A stretch of DNA of 52,616 bases from a virus (taxonomy: Duplodnaviria; Caudoviricetes): the IMG/VR virus record IMGVR_UViG_3300036791_000154, positions 1 through 52,616 of that record. The stretch is one strand, 5' to 3'. Below the pieces are notes generated by a model. The model saw only the letters and a program-made list of their open reading frames with translations, had not been told where the DNA came from and did not search any database. Positions 11,384-21,094 of the stretch are shown here, one piece after another. How positions within the stretch are numbered: the first letter of the stretch is position 1; every line of letters begins with the position of its first letter. The position numbers were made by a program, and so were the translations under genes.

Positions 11384-12195
11384 GTCTGACGACGACCAAT
11401 ATTGACAGTATCTGGACTGAATACCATTGGCTTCCTTATCTGATGATTTGGATTGAATGACCTTAAAAACAAGTCAACTTGATACAACCCAGTAAAGCCA
11501 TCTTTCATAAACGTCATAGGGTCTAACACTGCAATGCTGACTCCCTGACGAGTTATGGAAGATACGCGCGATGGTAGTTTGCAGCTACCCGCTAACGCTG
11601 GTGTCATGGACTTGTAAATCTCGCTTGCTAATAGCGTCGCTGCGTTCGAGCCTGCTTGCGGTGGATCTTGGCCGAATGTGAATGAAACTGCGAATGTATT
11701 GGATTCATCCGTAGTTCTCGATAAATCTTGGCATGTCGGCCAACCTGAATAGTCTTGACGGACAAGCCACTTTCCATCATCGACTCGGTAGTCTGCTGGA
11801 TCCAATACTGCTCCATCAATCATCACACTTTCTACGCTGATAATTGGACTTCTACCTAAGCCGATAGTATGCGGGTAATTGCAGCCAGTGAATCCGCATC
11901 CGTAGCAGATTCCCCATAGCCAATTGGCGTTAAAGCCGAATCCCCAGCTATTAGTGCGCATTCTCGATGACCACATATGATCAGGGATTTGTTCTGGACG
12001 AGCAGTTGGCCTAACATCCGCTGACAAGCTTCCTGGATATTGCCTGCCAGATAACGCATAAAGAGTTTCGCTTGCTACTTCCACCGAGTTATCAAGACGC
12101 GCCTGCCCAGCCGTGTCATCAGCCGCAGGCGCATCATTCCCCAATAAATCCGATACATTCTGCGATGATGTCCACAGTTGAGCAGGCGCAGTCAT
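11368..12195 (-). CDS. Head-to-tail adaptor
   Basis: Likely start MTAPAQLW at 12195 (the track start overlaps the major tail gene). Motifs LYALSGRQY, WPTCQD and CKLPSRVSSITRQGV. Confidence 0.75.
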   Translation of the reverse strand: MTAPAQLWTSSQNVSDLLGNDAPAADDTAGQARLDNSVEVASETLYALSGRQYPGSLSADVRPTARPEQIPDHMWSSRMRTNSWGFGFNANWLWGICYGCGFTGCNYPHTIGLGRSPIISVESVMIDGAVLDPADYRVDDGKWLVRQDYSGWPTCQDLSRTTDESNTFAVSFTFGQDPPQAGSNAATLLASEIYKSMTPALAGSCKLPSRVSSITRQGVSIAVLDPMTFMKDGFTGLYQVDLFLRSFNPNHQIRKPMVFSPDTVNIGRRQTWPAS

Positions 12196-12215
12196 GATAA
12201 CTTTGCTCCCTTCTA

Positions 12216-13064
12216 TTACGGTGCTTGCCCCACTTGCCAGGCAGTGCCATCCCAATAGGTATGGCTGTTGTCGCCGAGCACAACGTAATCGCCAGTAACC
12301 CATGCAGTTGTTGGCGATGCAACAATTGATGTGCTCATCTGCGAGAAGTTGGCCGGTGGAGACGCGCCTGCTGGCGTCCATGTTCCAGGTGTGCCAGCGG
12401 TTGCGCCTGTCGCAACTTGACCTGGAACTTTTTGCATGCCTATCTGAATGGTAGGCAATGTGTCGTCATACATGACCTGGACAACTTTACTGCTGTCGAA
12501 AGGCCAATCTCCCAGCGGACCATCGCCCCACGACGGATTCTCGATTGCGAATCCATCAAAGATTGTGGCCATTGAGTTAATGTCCACAGTGCGATTGCCT
12601 TTGCGCAAATACATACGCGGCCACAGCCAACGTAGATACGGTTGCCCTGCTGGCTGATATCCGTCCACGACATAGCGTGTCCACGCTTCTACGCCAATGC
12701 CATTGGGTGTCGGATCAGTCAACAATGCCGGGTACTGGAAGCCCATGACATCGGTGGGCTGTGCTGTTGCGTAGAAGATTTCCCCACCAGTCATTAGCAC
12801 TTCTAGCTCTGGGTCTGGAACACAAAGCTCTGTCTCAATCGTTAGACGCTTGAGTAAATCTGGCGTCCGATAAACAACGCACAGATTGCCACTAGCCCCA
12901 CGATTGCTGATTTCTTGCCCCGCTTCGATATCAGGGTTGAAATCGATTTTGACAAGCTGATCGCTGGTATACATGTTGTTTCCAGCAGCAGGTGATCCAT
13001 CAAAATCAAGAGCCGTTACTCTGATAGCCGCACATTGTAGTGAGGCTCCAGCCTGATTCGCCAT
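12216..13064 (-). CDS. Major tail protein
   Basis: 282 aa; RVTALD.DGSP and NP.WGDGP motifs, plus a C-terminal ATGATAGTPGTWTP..YWDGTAW accessory domain. Confidence 0.75.
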   Translation of the reverse strand: MANQAGASLQCAAIRVTALDFDGSPAAGNNMYTSDQLVKIDFNPDIEAGQEISNRGASGNLCVVYRTPDLLKRLTIETELCVPDPELEVLMTGGEIFYATAQPTDVMGFQYPALLTDPTPNGIGVEAWTRYVVDGYQPAGQPYLRWLWPRMYLRKGNRTVDINSMATIFDGFAIENPSWGDGPLGDWPFDSSKVVQVMYDDTLPTIQIGMQKVPGQVATGATAGTPGTWTPAGASPPANFSQMSTSIVASPTTAWVTGDYVVLGDNSHTYWDGTAWQVGQAP

Positions 13065-13079
13065 GCTTTTTGCCTCCCC

Positions 13080-13958
13080 TCACAATGTGATTGTTGTAGA
13101 AACGCGAGCGAATGCAACGCCATCCCACGACGCGCAAGCCATTCGATACGCACGAGTTTCCACAGTGTTTGTAACCTTGTTTAGCGCTTGATACATGTCT
13201 CCTTCTGGCCATGGAATAATCGAGCCGATTCTTACATCCGTTATTCCAGTTGCATAGATGTTGAAAGTACCCGTCGGTGCAACTGGCGGGCCACCCACCG
13301 AGCCAGGGTATAAACCATACCCAGAGCCAGGTACGAGAATCGTATCGCGAACAGTGAGAAGCAAATTACCATCTCGGCGCATTGCTCCTGCGGGTAGGTA
13401 AGCCGAAACCCACGCTGGCATATGGATAATCCCACGTCCACCATATGTCATCTGCGAGAGATAAGACTCGCAAATTGCGAGTGCCTCGACTACCGAAGTA
13501 GCGGTATAAAGATCCACACCGCTGCCTTGCTCTAAATACAAGTTATGGTATCCAGCAGCCTGCGTTAACAAGCCATGCCATAGCTCGTATTCAAGCAACT
13601 TTGGCGTTGCTGCATCGAGTAATCCTTGGGCGCGCTTCTGGTGTTCTGCAAGATCAGCGCCCATCGCTGAGCATGTGTACTTCGATGACAGAATGTATGG
13701 CGTCCAGAATCTTGCCGCCGCATTCTTTGTAACTGGAACAGCGATATTGTCTCCAGCACAAGCATCATCAATGTTTAGTTCACCATCGCTCAGCGGTAAA
13801 TAACTAAACCCTTGCTCCCATCTAACATCCGCAGTATCAATGGGATTTCTCGATGATCTAACGAGATTCACTGGCGATTGAGTTAGTGGCGCAGGATCGC
13901 TGACACCAGCGAATGCAACCATTGCACCCAATCCGAATTCAACAGTTTCTGTCATCAT
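13080..13958 (-). CDS. Second capsid protein (putative pentamer / minor capsid protein)
   Basis: Directly after the major capsid gene; the E.ELW.G and GIIHM..T.LVPGSGY pattern resembles cluster-B-like actinophage capsid pentamer proteins. Confidence 0.55.
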   Translation of the reverse strand: MMTETVEFGLGAMVAFAGVSDPAPLTQSPVNLVRSSRNPIDTADVRWEQGFSYLPLSDGELNIDDACAGDNIAVPVTKNAAARFWTPYILSSKYTCSAMGADLAEHQKRAQGLLDAATPKLLEYELWHGLLTQAAGYHNLYLEQGSGVDLYTATSVVEALAICESYLSQMTYGGRGIIHMPAWVSAYLPAGAMRRDGNLLLTVRDTILVPGSGYGLYPGSVGGPPVAPTGTFNIYATGITDVRIGSIIPWPEGDMYQALNKVTNTVETRAYRMACASWDGVAFARVSTTITL

Positions 13959-13990
13959 GGCCTCCTAATTACCATGGGGAGGTTTGATGA

Positions 13991-15652
13991 TCAGCCTGGA
14001 ACGTCGCCAGTATTGACGGTACCAGCCGAAAGTCCAGTCGGCTTGCATGTGATAGTGACCTTGAGAGATTCGTTGCCACGCATGGCCAAACCCTCAAAAT
14101 CCTCGCGCCAGATTTCGTAATCGTTGGTGCTGTTGAGCGTGGAATCCCGAACAACGCCAAGGTCAATCTGCCCGCCATCCAAGAACTGGAATGTGCCTTC
14201 TGCGAACAGATACGCGACGAATGTTGCTGGCCACAATTGAGCAGGTCCAGCAGCGGGCGGCGTCCACGGTGCTGCCAGAGTTTCTAGCAGCCAGATAGGC
14301 GAACAATTGCGCGCCATAAACCACGCATCGATATCAGCGTCACTGATCGCAAGCGGATCGCGATTGTCAGTGTCGTGCGCGAGTTCCATCGCGATGTCTG
14401 CTCGCATCATGTCATGCACCCAGTCAGGCAATGCCATACGCAGTACGGCATTCGCCAAACGATGCCGATATTCATACGACGAAATGATGCGATCGAGTGT
14501 CGTAAGAATCGTGCGCGCGGCACCCAAAACATCAGTAGCCGTAAGGGCAAGACTCGCTGCATCGATCGCAGTAACCAACTGCAATTCAGCAGTACGAGCA
14601 GCCGCAACATCCAGCAATGCCGTTTGCGCGGTAACTTGTTCAGGATTGAATTTGCCCAGCATATTGCCGACTTTGACACACACTGGGATGCCGTAGATTT
14701 CGGCTGATGTGAAAGGCTCACATACAACAGTCATGCAAGCCTTTGTTGCAGTACCGGCCTGATCCATCGCAACAGTCCATGGGACTGGCGGGGTGATCGC
14801 CGAGAGCTTTGGCGGCACCATGAATTGCACGCCACCGCGCGATGCACCGAAATTCGGCAATGCCGACTTCAATGGACGCACGGTATCGCCGATGGTCTCC
14901 ACCGTGTAGTCGATGGGCAATGGTGCGCAGATTCCACCATATGCCACAAGGGCTTTCGGCGCCATCGCTTCACGGAACTTGCGACTGTTCACAGTCGCAT
15001 CGTCGCCCAGTTGACGCTCTTCTGGGAATTCCTTGATAACCGATGCAACGAGAACATCGTCAGGCGTTCCACCGCGACCCAAGCCGTGAAGCTTGCGAAT
15101 GATTGCCTGCGACAGTTGATCACTGGTAGTGATTTCTTGTCCGACACCAAAGCCTGGAATATCGCCAGCAGCGACAAGGCGTGTCTTAACACGCATGCCA
15201 TTGTTGTTCTTTGCTGGAGGATTGCCCTTGCCAGCAACGCGATTCAGGCTTGGACGCTTCGGCTTCGCAGACGCCGCGACAGGCTCTGTTGCCTTTGTCG
15301 AAGATGAATCTAAACTGGAATCAGTTTCGTCATCATCTTCATCAGAATCAGAATCGCTACTGTCGTCGCTGCCAGAGTCAGCAGAATCCCCAGTAGGATC
15401 AGGATGAACATTGGCGCGCAATTCAGCAAGAGTTTCGGCAGCTTCTGCCTCAGCCGTTGCTTGCGCTTCTTGGGCGGCTCTGACATCTGAAATGGCTCCA
15501 CTGATACCATTGAGATCAGTCAGACTCCCACCGTCACTGTCTGCCTTATCGAATGCATCGATAAGCTCTTGCTCCAAGGCAGCAAGCTCATCAGAGGACA
15601 ATGTCCCCAGATTCGCAAGCCTTTCCTCGAATGCCGTTCTCCACTCTTCCAC
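13991..15652 (-). CDS. Major capsid protein with N-terminal acidic scaffold segment
   Basis: 553 aa; coiled-coil/acidic N-terminus, then ALVAYGGICAP, RGGV.F and LDGGQIDLGVVRDSTLNSTNDY motifs. Confidence 0.85.
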   Translation of the reverse strand: MEEWRTAFEERLANLGTLSSDELAALEQELIDAFDKADSDGGSLTDLNGISGAISDVRAAQEAQATAEAEAAETLAELRANVHPDPTGDSADSGSDDSSDSDSDEDDDETDSSLDSSSTKATEPVAASAKPKRPSLNRVAGKGNPPAKNNNGMRVKTRLVAAGDIPGFGVGQEITTSDQLSQAIIRKLHGLGRGGTPDDVLVASVIKEFPEERQLGDDATVNSRKFREAMAPKALVAYGGICAPLPIDYTVETIGDTVRPLKSALPNFGASRGGVQFMVPPKLSAITPPVPWTVAMDQAGTATKACMTVVCEPFTSAEIYGIPVCVKVGNMLGKFNPEQVTAQTALLDVAAARTAELQLVTAIDAASLALTATDVLGAARTILTTLDRIISSYEYRHRLANAVLRMALPDWVHDMMRADIAMELAHDTDNRDPLAISDADIDAWFMARNCSPIWLLETLAAPWTPPAAGPAQLWPATFVAYLFAEGTFQFLDGGQIDLGVVRDSTLNSTNDYEIWREDFEGLAMRGNESLKVTITCKPTGLSAGTVNTGDVPG

Positions 15653-15785
15653 CGCTGATCACCTTCCAAACGTGGTAGTTGTTTACAACGTTTGGCAATA
15701 GGGATCAATGTTCAAAGCTACGTGAGAACCTTGATCTTGCTTGCCTGCTAAGCCATTGCTACGCAAGGCTTCGGCAATTGTAGCC

Positions 15786-17615
15786 TTATTTAATTGGACG
15801 GTGTACTTCATTTCTCAATGCAGTGCGAGCCTGTCGTGAAAGAATTTCTGTTGCTGTTGCAAGTGTTGAGTCTTGCTTTGCCTCCATAGTTTGCCCTTGC
15901 TCTGTCGATAGTTTCTTCATCCGATCACGCAAACGAATAACGTTCGTTGGCGTCATTGCACCAGCAGCAACCAATGCGACTGGACGTCCACTCGCCGTCC
16001 TTGCTTTCGGACGCTTGATTGGGAAGCCTTGAACATTAACGGCCAAAGCCGCAATCAATTCGAGATGTCCACCAATTTCTCGCCAGTCGCCAGACAATGC
16101 CGCGCCTCGCAAACGTCGTGGAGTAAGCTCATCAACGTCTGGTCTGAGAGCGCCAGCAACCCATATGCCGTAAGGGTCATCTCCAACGGCAATGTCAGCG
16201 ACAACAAGTCCAGTGTTGTCATAGTGCGCCTTTGAACTTTCGGGACTCTGCCAAATTTCAGCATGCCCGGTATTCATCGTGATTACCCCAGTAGGGATTG
16301 ATGATCCGTCATCAGACAGAACATATCCAGTAGTGAAGTATGCATAGTCAGATGCACTATGGGGCGCCCTCATGCAACTATCGAGATAGCCAATATGGCA
16401 ATCCGTCCACGCCGCAAGATGGCCATAAATTTGGCCATCTTCGGTAACGGTAATTGGGTTGATTTCATCGAACATTGGGTCTTCAAACCACTTGCTCGGC
16501 GGGGTAATCGGTGCAGCCGCAGCAGCAGTCAAACCGCTAAACACTCTTGGGGATTTCTGCATAACGTGCATACTCGGCCACCTTTCTCCATCGTATCCGG
16601 CCGATGCTGCCATCGCAGTTTCCCCAATGACTACATAGGCATCCTCGAATGCAGGGAATGGGCAGATTGTTGCGCCCATGATTCGCCCGCTGATAATTTT
16701 CTCGCCAAGCGTCACGCCATCGGCAGAGGCAGTGAATCCGAAAAGCAAGTCGAATAAATCCCAGTCGTCATTGTCCTCGACTTCATTGCCGTCAGCATCG
16801 ATCCACACTAGATCGCTTACGGCGTCGCCGATATCTGCGCTAACGCCTCTTAGCATGCCATCGCTAATAAGGCGCGCGACTTCTTGGGCATCAGCAGCCG
16901 TATCAAATTTCCCTTGTGCAGAAAGGATTGATGTGCCTTCTGGATATGGCTGGCCAGTGCGACCATCCACCGCATCTGGGTCAACTGGCTTACGCTCGAT
17001 GCCAGTCAATTTCCCAGCAAGGCTCGCGCCTTCATGGCCATATCCGCCGGTAGTCAGTTTCGCCATAGCTGGTAAGGGCAAACTTCTCCAGCTAAGTGCG
17101 TCGTTGTTGATAAAGCGACTGTCACCAGTCCAGACGCCTTCCATCAGCATGATAGGCATACTGAATGTGTTGTCTGATGTCTGATCCTGTGGGTCGGCAT
17201 TGTCAATAACGCCGACAGACTCACCATCAGCAGTAACGCCCGATGATTGCAAGTCTGGAGGCTCTGCGCCTGAATCCGCGATATGCTTTGACAAGTGATT
17301 GTAAACAGCGGTCTTTTCGTCCGCCGGGACACTATGTCCACCGCGCGCACCATTCAATGCTGCAATGCCCGATGAGCACGCCGTAGTGTTTGCTGCGCCA
17401 GGCGTCCCATCAGCATTGATATTGTGATGGGGAAAACTGTAGCTGGTCTTTGCGTCAGGATCGCCACTGGGATCAACGTATGCATGTGCCCCGCGTAAAT
17501 CAGATTCGTTAGCATTAACAGCCTTTGTAGCTGCGCCACCATCCCAGGTGCCAGTCGCATCAGTCGCAGTCGAGTGCGACCTAATGGGATCGAAAGTCTT
17601 TGTTTCTTTGGCCAT
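15786..17615 (-). CDS. Capsid maturation protease
   Basis: EGVWTGDSR, GH.GA, RGVSAD, GATICPFPAF, and SGDWR...ALAVNVQGFP motifs; lies between portal and capsid genes. Confidence 0.8.
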   Translation of the reverse strand: MAKETKTFDPIRSHSTATDATGTWDGGAATKAVNANESDLRGAHAYVDPSGDPDAKTSYSFPHHNINADGTPGAANTTACSSGIAALNGARGGHSVPADEKTAVYNHLSKHIADSGAEPPDLQSSGVTADGESVGVIDNADPQDQTSDNTFSMPIMLMEGVWTGDSRFINNDALSWRSLPLPAMAKLTTGGYGHEGASLAGKLTGIERKPVDPDAVDGRTGQPYPEGTSILSAQGKFDTAADAQEVARLISDGMLRGVSADIGDAVSDLVWIDADGNEVEDNDDWDLFDLLFGFTASADGVTLGEKIISGRIMGATICPFPAFEDAYVVIGETAMAASAGYDGERWPSMHVMQKSPRVFSGLTAAAAAPITPPSKWFEDPMFDEINPITVTEDGQIYGHLAAWTDCHIGYLDSCMRAPHSASDYAYFTTGYVLSDDGSSIPTGVITMNTGHAEIWQSPESSKAHYDNTGLVVADIAVGDDPYGIWVAGALRPDVDELTPRRLRGAALSGDWREIGGHLELIAALAVNVQGFPIKRPKARTASGRPVALVAAGAMTPTNVIRLRDRMKKLSTEQGQTMEAKQDSTLATATEILSRQARTALRNEVHRPIK

Positions 17616-17621
17616 TGGATC

Positions 17622-20282
17622 TCACTCCTCGCTTTGGCTTTCTGATTCGCTGCTTTCTGGTTGTGTCCAATTGACGTAGAAATCGCAACCGCAACCATCA
17701 TGATCACCTGGCATGTAGTAATCACGATCAGGGAAATCCCCAGTGTTTGCAAGGACATCGTCCGTCCAGCCGTTAAACTCTGTGCCATCTAAATCAGCAT
17801 GCGGCTGAAATGGATTAGGCACATAACCATGTACCCACGTATAGCTGCCAACGTTTAAACCGTTATCCGATAAGGTGTCTGTAACAATCGGCCCAGACGT
17901 TATGCCAGTCATCGGCGTTACCGTCGTGGGATCACTATCGCCAAATTTCACGCCAGGGCTATTAGCGGTGGGTTGTCCGCCCGCTCTGCTGATGGCCTCT
18001 TTGATAAGATCCCACGGCACTAATTGTGTCGTTGTTATCTCTTCGGCTTCTCCAGCGACAGACGCCGAGTCACTGAGATATCCCTTTGCTACTTGGGACA
18101 ATCTCTGCTCAAGCCAACCCCAACCAGCGTCAGCACCCTCGCTCAAACGATCAGCCATATCAACGAAATCGCCGGTGGGCATCTTTAGCATTTTGGCAAT
18201 TGCATTGGCCGTATCAATGCTGGCAGAATCCATATACTCTTGCCACTCAGTTTGCAGTTGTCCCCATGAATTGCTGAGCAAAGTCTGCTCATCAAGTCCA
18301 GCAGCAGCGATCATCGCATTGCTAATCAGGAAGCAAAGCTCAATGTTTGAATGCCCCATGCACCATGCTCGCCCAGATGCTGTCTTACCAACGTTAGTGC
18401 GAATTCGCGCGCCAGCCTTTTCTAATGCTCGTGACATTGCCCCATTAGCGGCAGTCTGAATCTTCGCTGTTAGATCAGATTCAATGCGCGCTAATTTGGC
18501 ATTACCTGCTTTTATATGGGAGTCATCTGCCTTAGTTGCTGCGACTAACGATGCAACTGTCGGTGCTGGACTAGGCGGATTCGGCGTTGTTACTGGAGCA
18601 GGATTTCCTTGCTGTGGTTGACCATTTTGGGGTGGACCCTCACCAGAGCTGGGAGGCGATATCCCTGATGAGGGTCTCCCAACTGGCGCGCCTGCGGGAT
18701 TTTGAGTCGCGGGTGTGCCAGGCGCAGGAACTACAGCGCTAATATCGAGCGTTGTATCCATCCGCTTAATCAATTGCGCTGCAATTGTTGGATCAAGCCT
18801 TGTTTGTTTAACGACAAGTCTTTCTAGAATTTCTGTCTCGCTCGGTGCCATAGTCTCAGGGAAGCCCATGGTGTCGCGCAATCCCTCTTGCGATAAGGCC
18901 ATTCTGTCGTAAGCCTGAATCGCATCTTGACTGCGATCTGGGTGCCTCACAAGCCGCGTGGCATCATGCCATATCAAGACACGATTAACCCATAAAGGAT
19001 CTAGCCCTTCTGTCTCTGCGAGCATCACACGCAAATAGCCTGCGGTAAGAGCATCATCCATGACGATAATTAGCGGCTCGATATGGTCGCTAAACGTATC
19101 ATCAGAGACAGCCCATGCCGTCCAGTGATTGAGATCAGCCTTACCAGTAAGCACTTCTGCTGGAAGATCGATGCTCGTTGCAATGCGCTCGATTAGCTCG
19201 ACTCGCTTTTGAGCATTCGCAGCTTCTGGACGCGAAATTGTTACTTGCCTAACGGCTGCAAGTGCGTCCATTGGTCCGCGAACGATTAGCGGCACGATTG
19301 CGCTTGCACTGCCTTCATCCTGTATCGCAGTCATAGCAGCCGAGATTAACTCTTGCATAAATGGGTCTTGCTCTTCATCGTTGGCATCTTCGGCAGTGCT
19401 GGATTTTACGACGGTAAGACTGTCAGGCAAAAGCAGTAAACCGTTATTTGCTAAGCGGCTTCTACCGCTAGCGCGAACGTCGCGCGACAGAATTAATAGC
19501 TCTTCGCAGATGTCGAGAATGGCAGCAAATGGAGAGTCAGCTAACGCCTTGATACGCGGGTGTGGATACCAGAGTCGCGAATAAAAAGAGCCGCTAGGGA
19601 TAGGCTCTCCAGAGCCAGTCATGCCAGCTTCCTTGACTAAGATATCCCCATCATTTGTTGCCTTAACTTCACTGACGCTGCGTATCTCCCATAGCTCATC
19701 AGGGTTGTCTTGTGTGGGGCATAGCATCGGCGGCCAACCGATAAGACTGCACTCTCCAGCTACCTCGAAATTCTCGGTAACGTCACGCAAAAGCCCTGCC
19801 ATTGCTGATGGATTGGCAGCTAAGCGCTCCATCGCATCGGTAGCAGCCGCTAACACGTTTGCCGGGCATTCGTCGATTTGTTCAAGCGGTATTGGATCTA
19901 ACTCGCCTGGCATGTATGCCGCAGGGAATAGTTTTACGCGCCTGGCAGCATTGCCCAAGTATGTCGTGGCATAACGCAATTCACCTACTGAATCGCGATA
20001 AGCCCAGGCATCCTCTTGCCATGCTTGCCTAAGCTTTGTCAATCGCGCGGCTTCTGTGCGATTAACCGTCGTCCCATTGATTATGTTTGTTGCGCTCGCC
20101 ATAAGCGCGCGTTGTTGTCTTTTACCGTCTGGCGCAGTGCCCCAAAAGCCTTGTCGCCGTGGAAGAGTTTGCCCTTGCTGCTCTGGGGCTTCATGCTTGC
20201 TTGTTTGCGGGCGCGCGAATGGCAACACGGCATTGCTTTTATGCCCATTGTGTCTAGGCTCGTTGCGCTTCAATAGTGGCAT
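17622..20282 (-). CDS. Portal protein with C-terminal MuF-like extension
   Basis: WQEDAWAYRDSVGELRY and NHWTAW portal motifs, a Pro/Gln linker, and a C-terminal PGDHDGCGC motif. Confidence 0.85.
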   Translation of the reverse strand: MPLLKRNEPRHNGHKSNAVLPFARPQTSKHEAPEQQGQTLPRRQGFWGTAPDGKRQQRALMASATNIINGTTVNRTEAARLTKLRQAWQEDAWAYRDSVGELRYATTYLGNAARRVKLFPAAYMPGELDPIPLEQIDECPANVLAAATDAMERLAANPSAMAGLLRDVTENFEVAGECSLIGWPPMLCPTQDNPDELWEIRSVSEVKATNDGDILVKEAGMTGSGEPIPSGSFYSRLWYPHPRIKALADSPFAAILDICEELLILSRDVRASGRSRLANNGLLLLPDSLTVVKSSTAEDANDEEQDPFMQELISAAMTAIQDEGSASAIVPLIVRGPMDALAAVRQVTISRPEAANAQKRVELIERIATSIDLPAEVLTGKADLNHWTAWAVSDDTFSDHIEPLIIVMDDALTAGYLRVMLAETEGLDPLWVNRVLIWHDATRLVRHPDRSQDAIQAYDRMALSQEGLRDTMGFPETMAPSETEILERLVVKQTRLDPTIAAQLIKRMDTTLDISAVVPAPGTPATQNPAGAPVGRPSSGISPPSSGEGPPQNGQPQQGNPAPVTTPNPPSPAPTVASLVAATKADDSHIKAGNAKLARIESDLTAKIQTAANGAMSRALEKAGARIRTNVGKTASGRAWCMGHSNIELCFLISNAMIAAAGLDEQTLLSNSWGQLQTEWQEYMDSASIDTANAIAKMLKMPTGDFVDMADRLSEGADAGWGWLEQRLSQVAKGYLSDSASVAGEAEEITTTQLVPWDLIKEAISRAGGQPTANSPGVKFGDSDPTTVTPMTGITSGPIVTDTLSDNGLNVGSYTWVHGYVPNPFQPHADLDGTEFNGWTDDVLANTGDFPDRDYYMPGDHDGCGCDFYVNWTQPESSESESQSEE

Positions 20283-20288
20283 GGGCTA

Positions 20289-20624
20289 TTAACCTCGCTC
20301 ACTTATTAAGCCAGCGATTGTGCTAATTGATAGCACCGCTGCAATCAAAATCCACCATGGGCGTGTCGCGTCAAAGTACGTCAAGACTGCCGCAACAATC
20401 GCGAGCCAAAAACTCAGGCACCATATGCAATTAACCAACGTAACAAGCGAACCGTGATAGTGCGCTTCCAACCTATGCCGCGATTTATCGCTAACGCTGT
20501 CTTGGGCGATGATGCGCGCGACGCGATAAACACCCAGTGCTGAAACGAGAATCCAGAACGTTAGCTCCCACGCGCTTGGGTTGCTAACGACAAAAACTGC
20601 TGGCCAGTGACCATGATTAATCAT
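20289..20624 (-). CDS. Membrane protein (DUF1360-like)
   Basis: YRVARII..D and C.WC.SFW motifs with hydrophobic segments. Confidence 0.65.
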   Translation of the reverse strand: MINHGHWPAVFVVSNPSAWELTFWILVSALGVYRVARIIAQDSVSDKSRHRLEAHYHGSLVTLVNCIWCLSFWLAIVAAVLTYFDATRPWWILIAAVLSISTIAGLISERG

Positions 20625-21094
20625 TGATAACCTGCCGTTACTTGCTGCGTTGCTGGGTGATTTTGTGCTTGTGGCACTGGGTGATTCATCATGGGGAAGT
20701 GTGCCGCTAGGGTTTGCTCGATTGGCGTGCGGTTATTGATTTCATGTTGTGTCGGCGGTAGTTGCTTTAGCCTGCTACCGCACCCGCAACCTGGCAACGC
20801 TTGGACGTGAATGTCCGCTGAAATAAGGCCAATCTCGACTGTTAGCTCGACGTATTGACGCTTACGCGGGTACCGTGGGTTAAGCGTGCTTTCGATTATG
20901 TCAATGATTGGCGCAGTGAAAACAAGCATTGGCTGATGGGGATATAACGCTTGTTCAACCCATACCTCAATGTAGGTTTGGTTAGTGCGCACTCGCGCAC
21001 GTTGATAAAGCGTTGACGTGTCACCTGTTGTAATTCGCACGTCTGCGGGGTGAACGTCAATGTTGCGATCGCGCCAGTCGGTTTGGGTTGTCAT
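20621..21094 (-). CDS. Hypothetical protein (GCGCGSRL motif)
   Basis: Start MTTQTDW overlaps the terminase stop (ATGA). Confidence 0.6.
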   Translation of the reverse strand: MTTQTDWRDRNIDVHPADVRITTGDTSTLYQRARVRTNQTYIEVWVEQALYPHQPMLVFTAPIIDIIESTLNPRYPRKRQYVELTVEIGLISADIHVQALPGCGCGSRLKQLPPTQHEINNRTPIEQTLAAHFPMMNHPVPQAQNHPATQQVTAGYQ

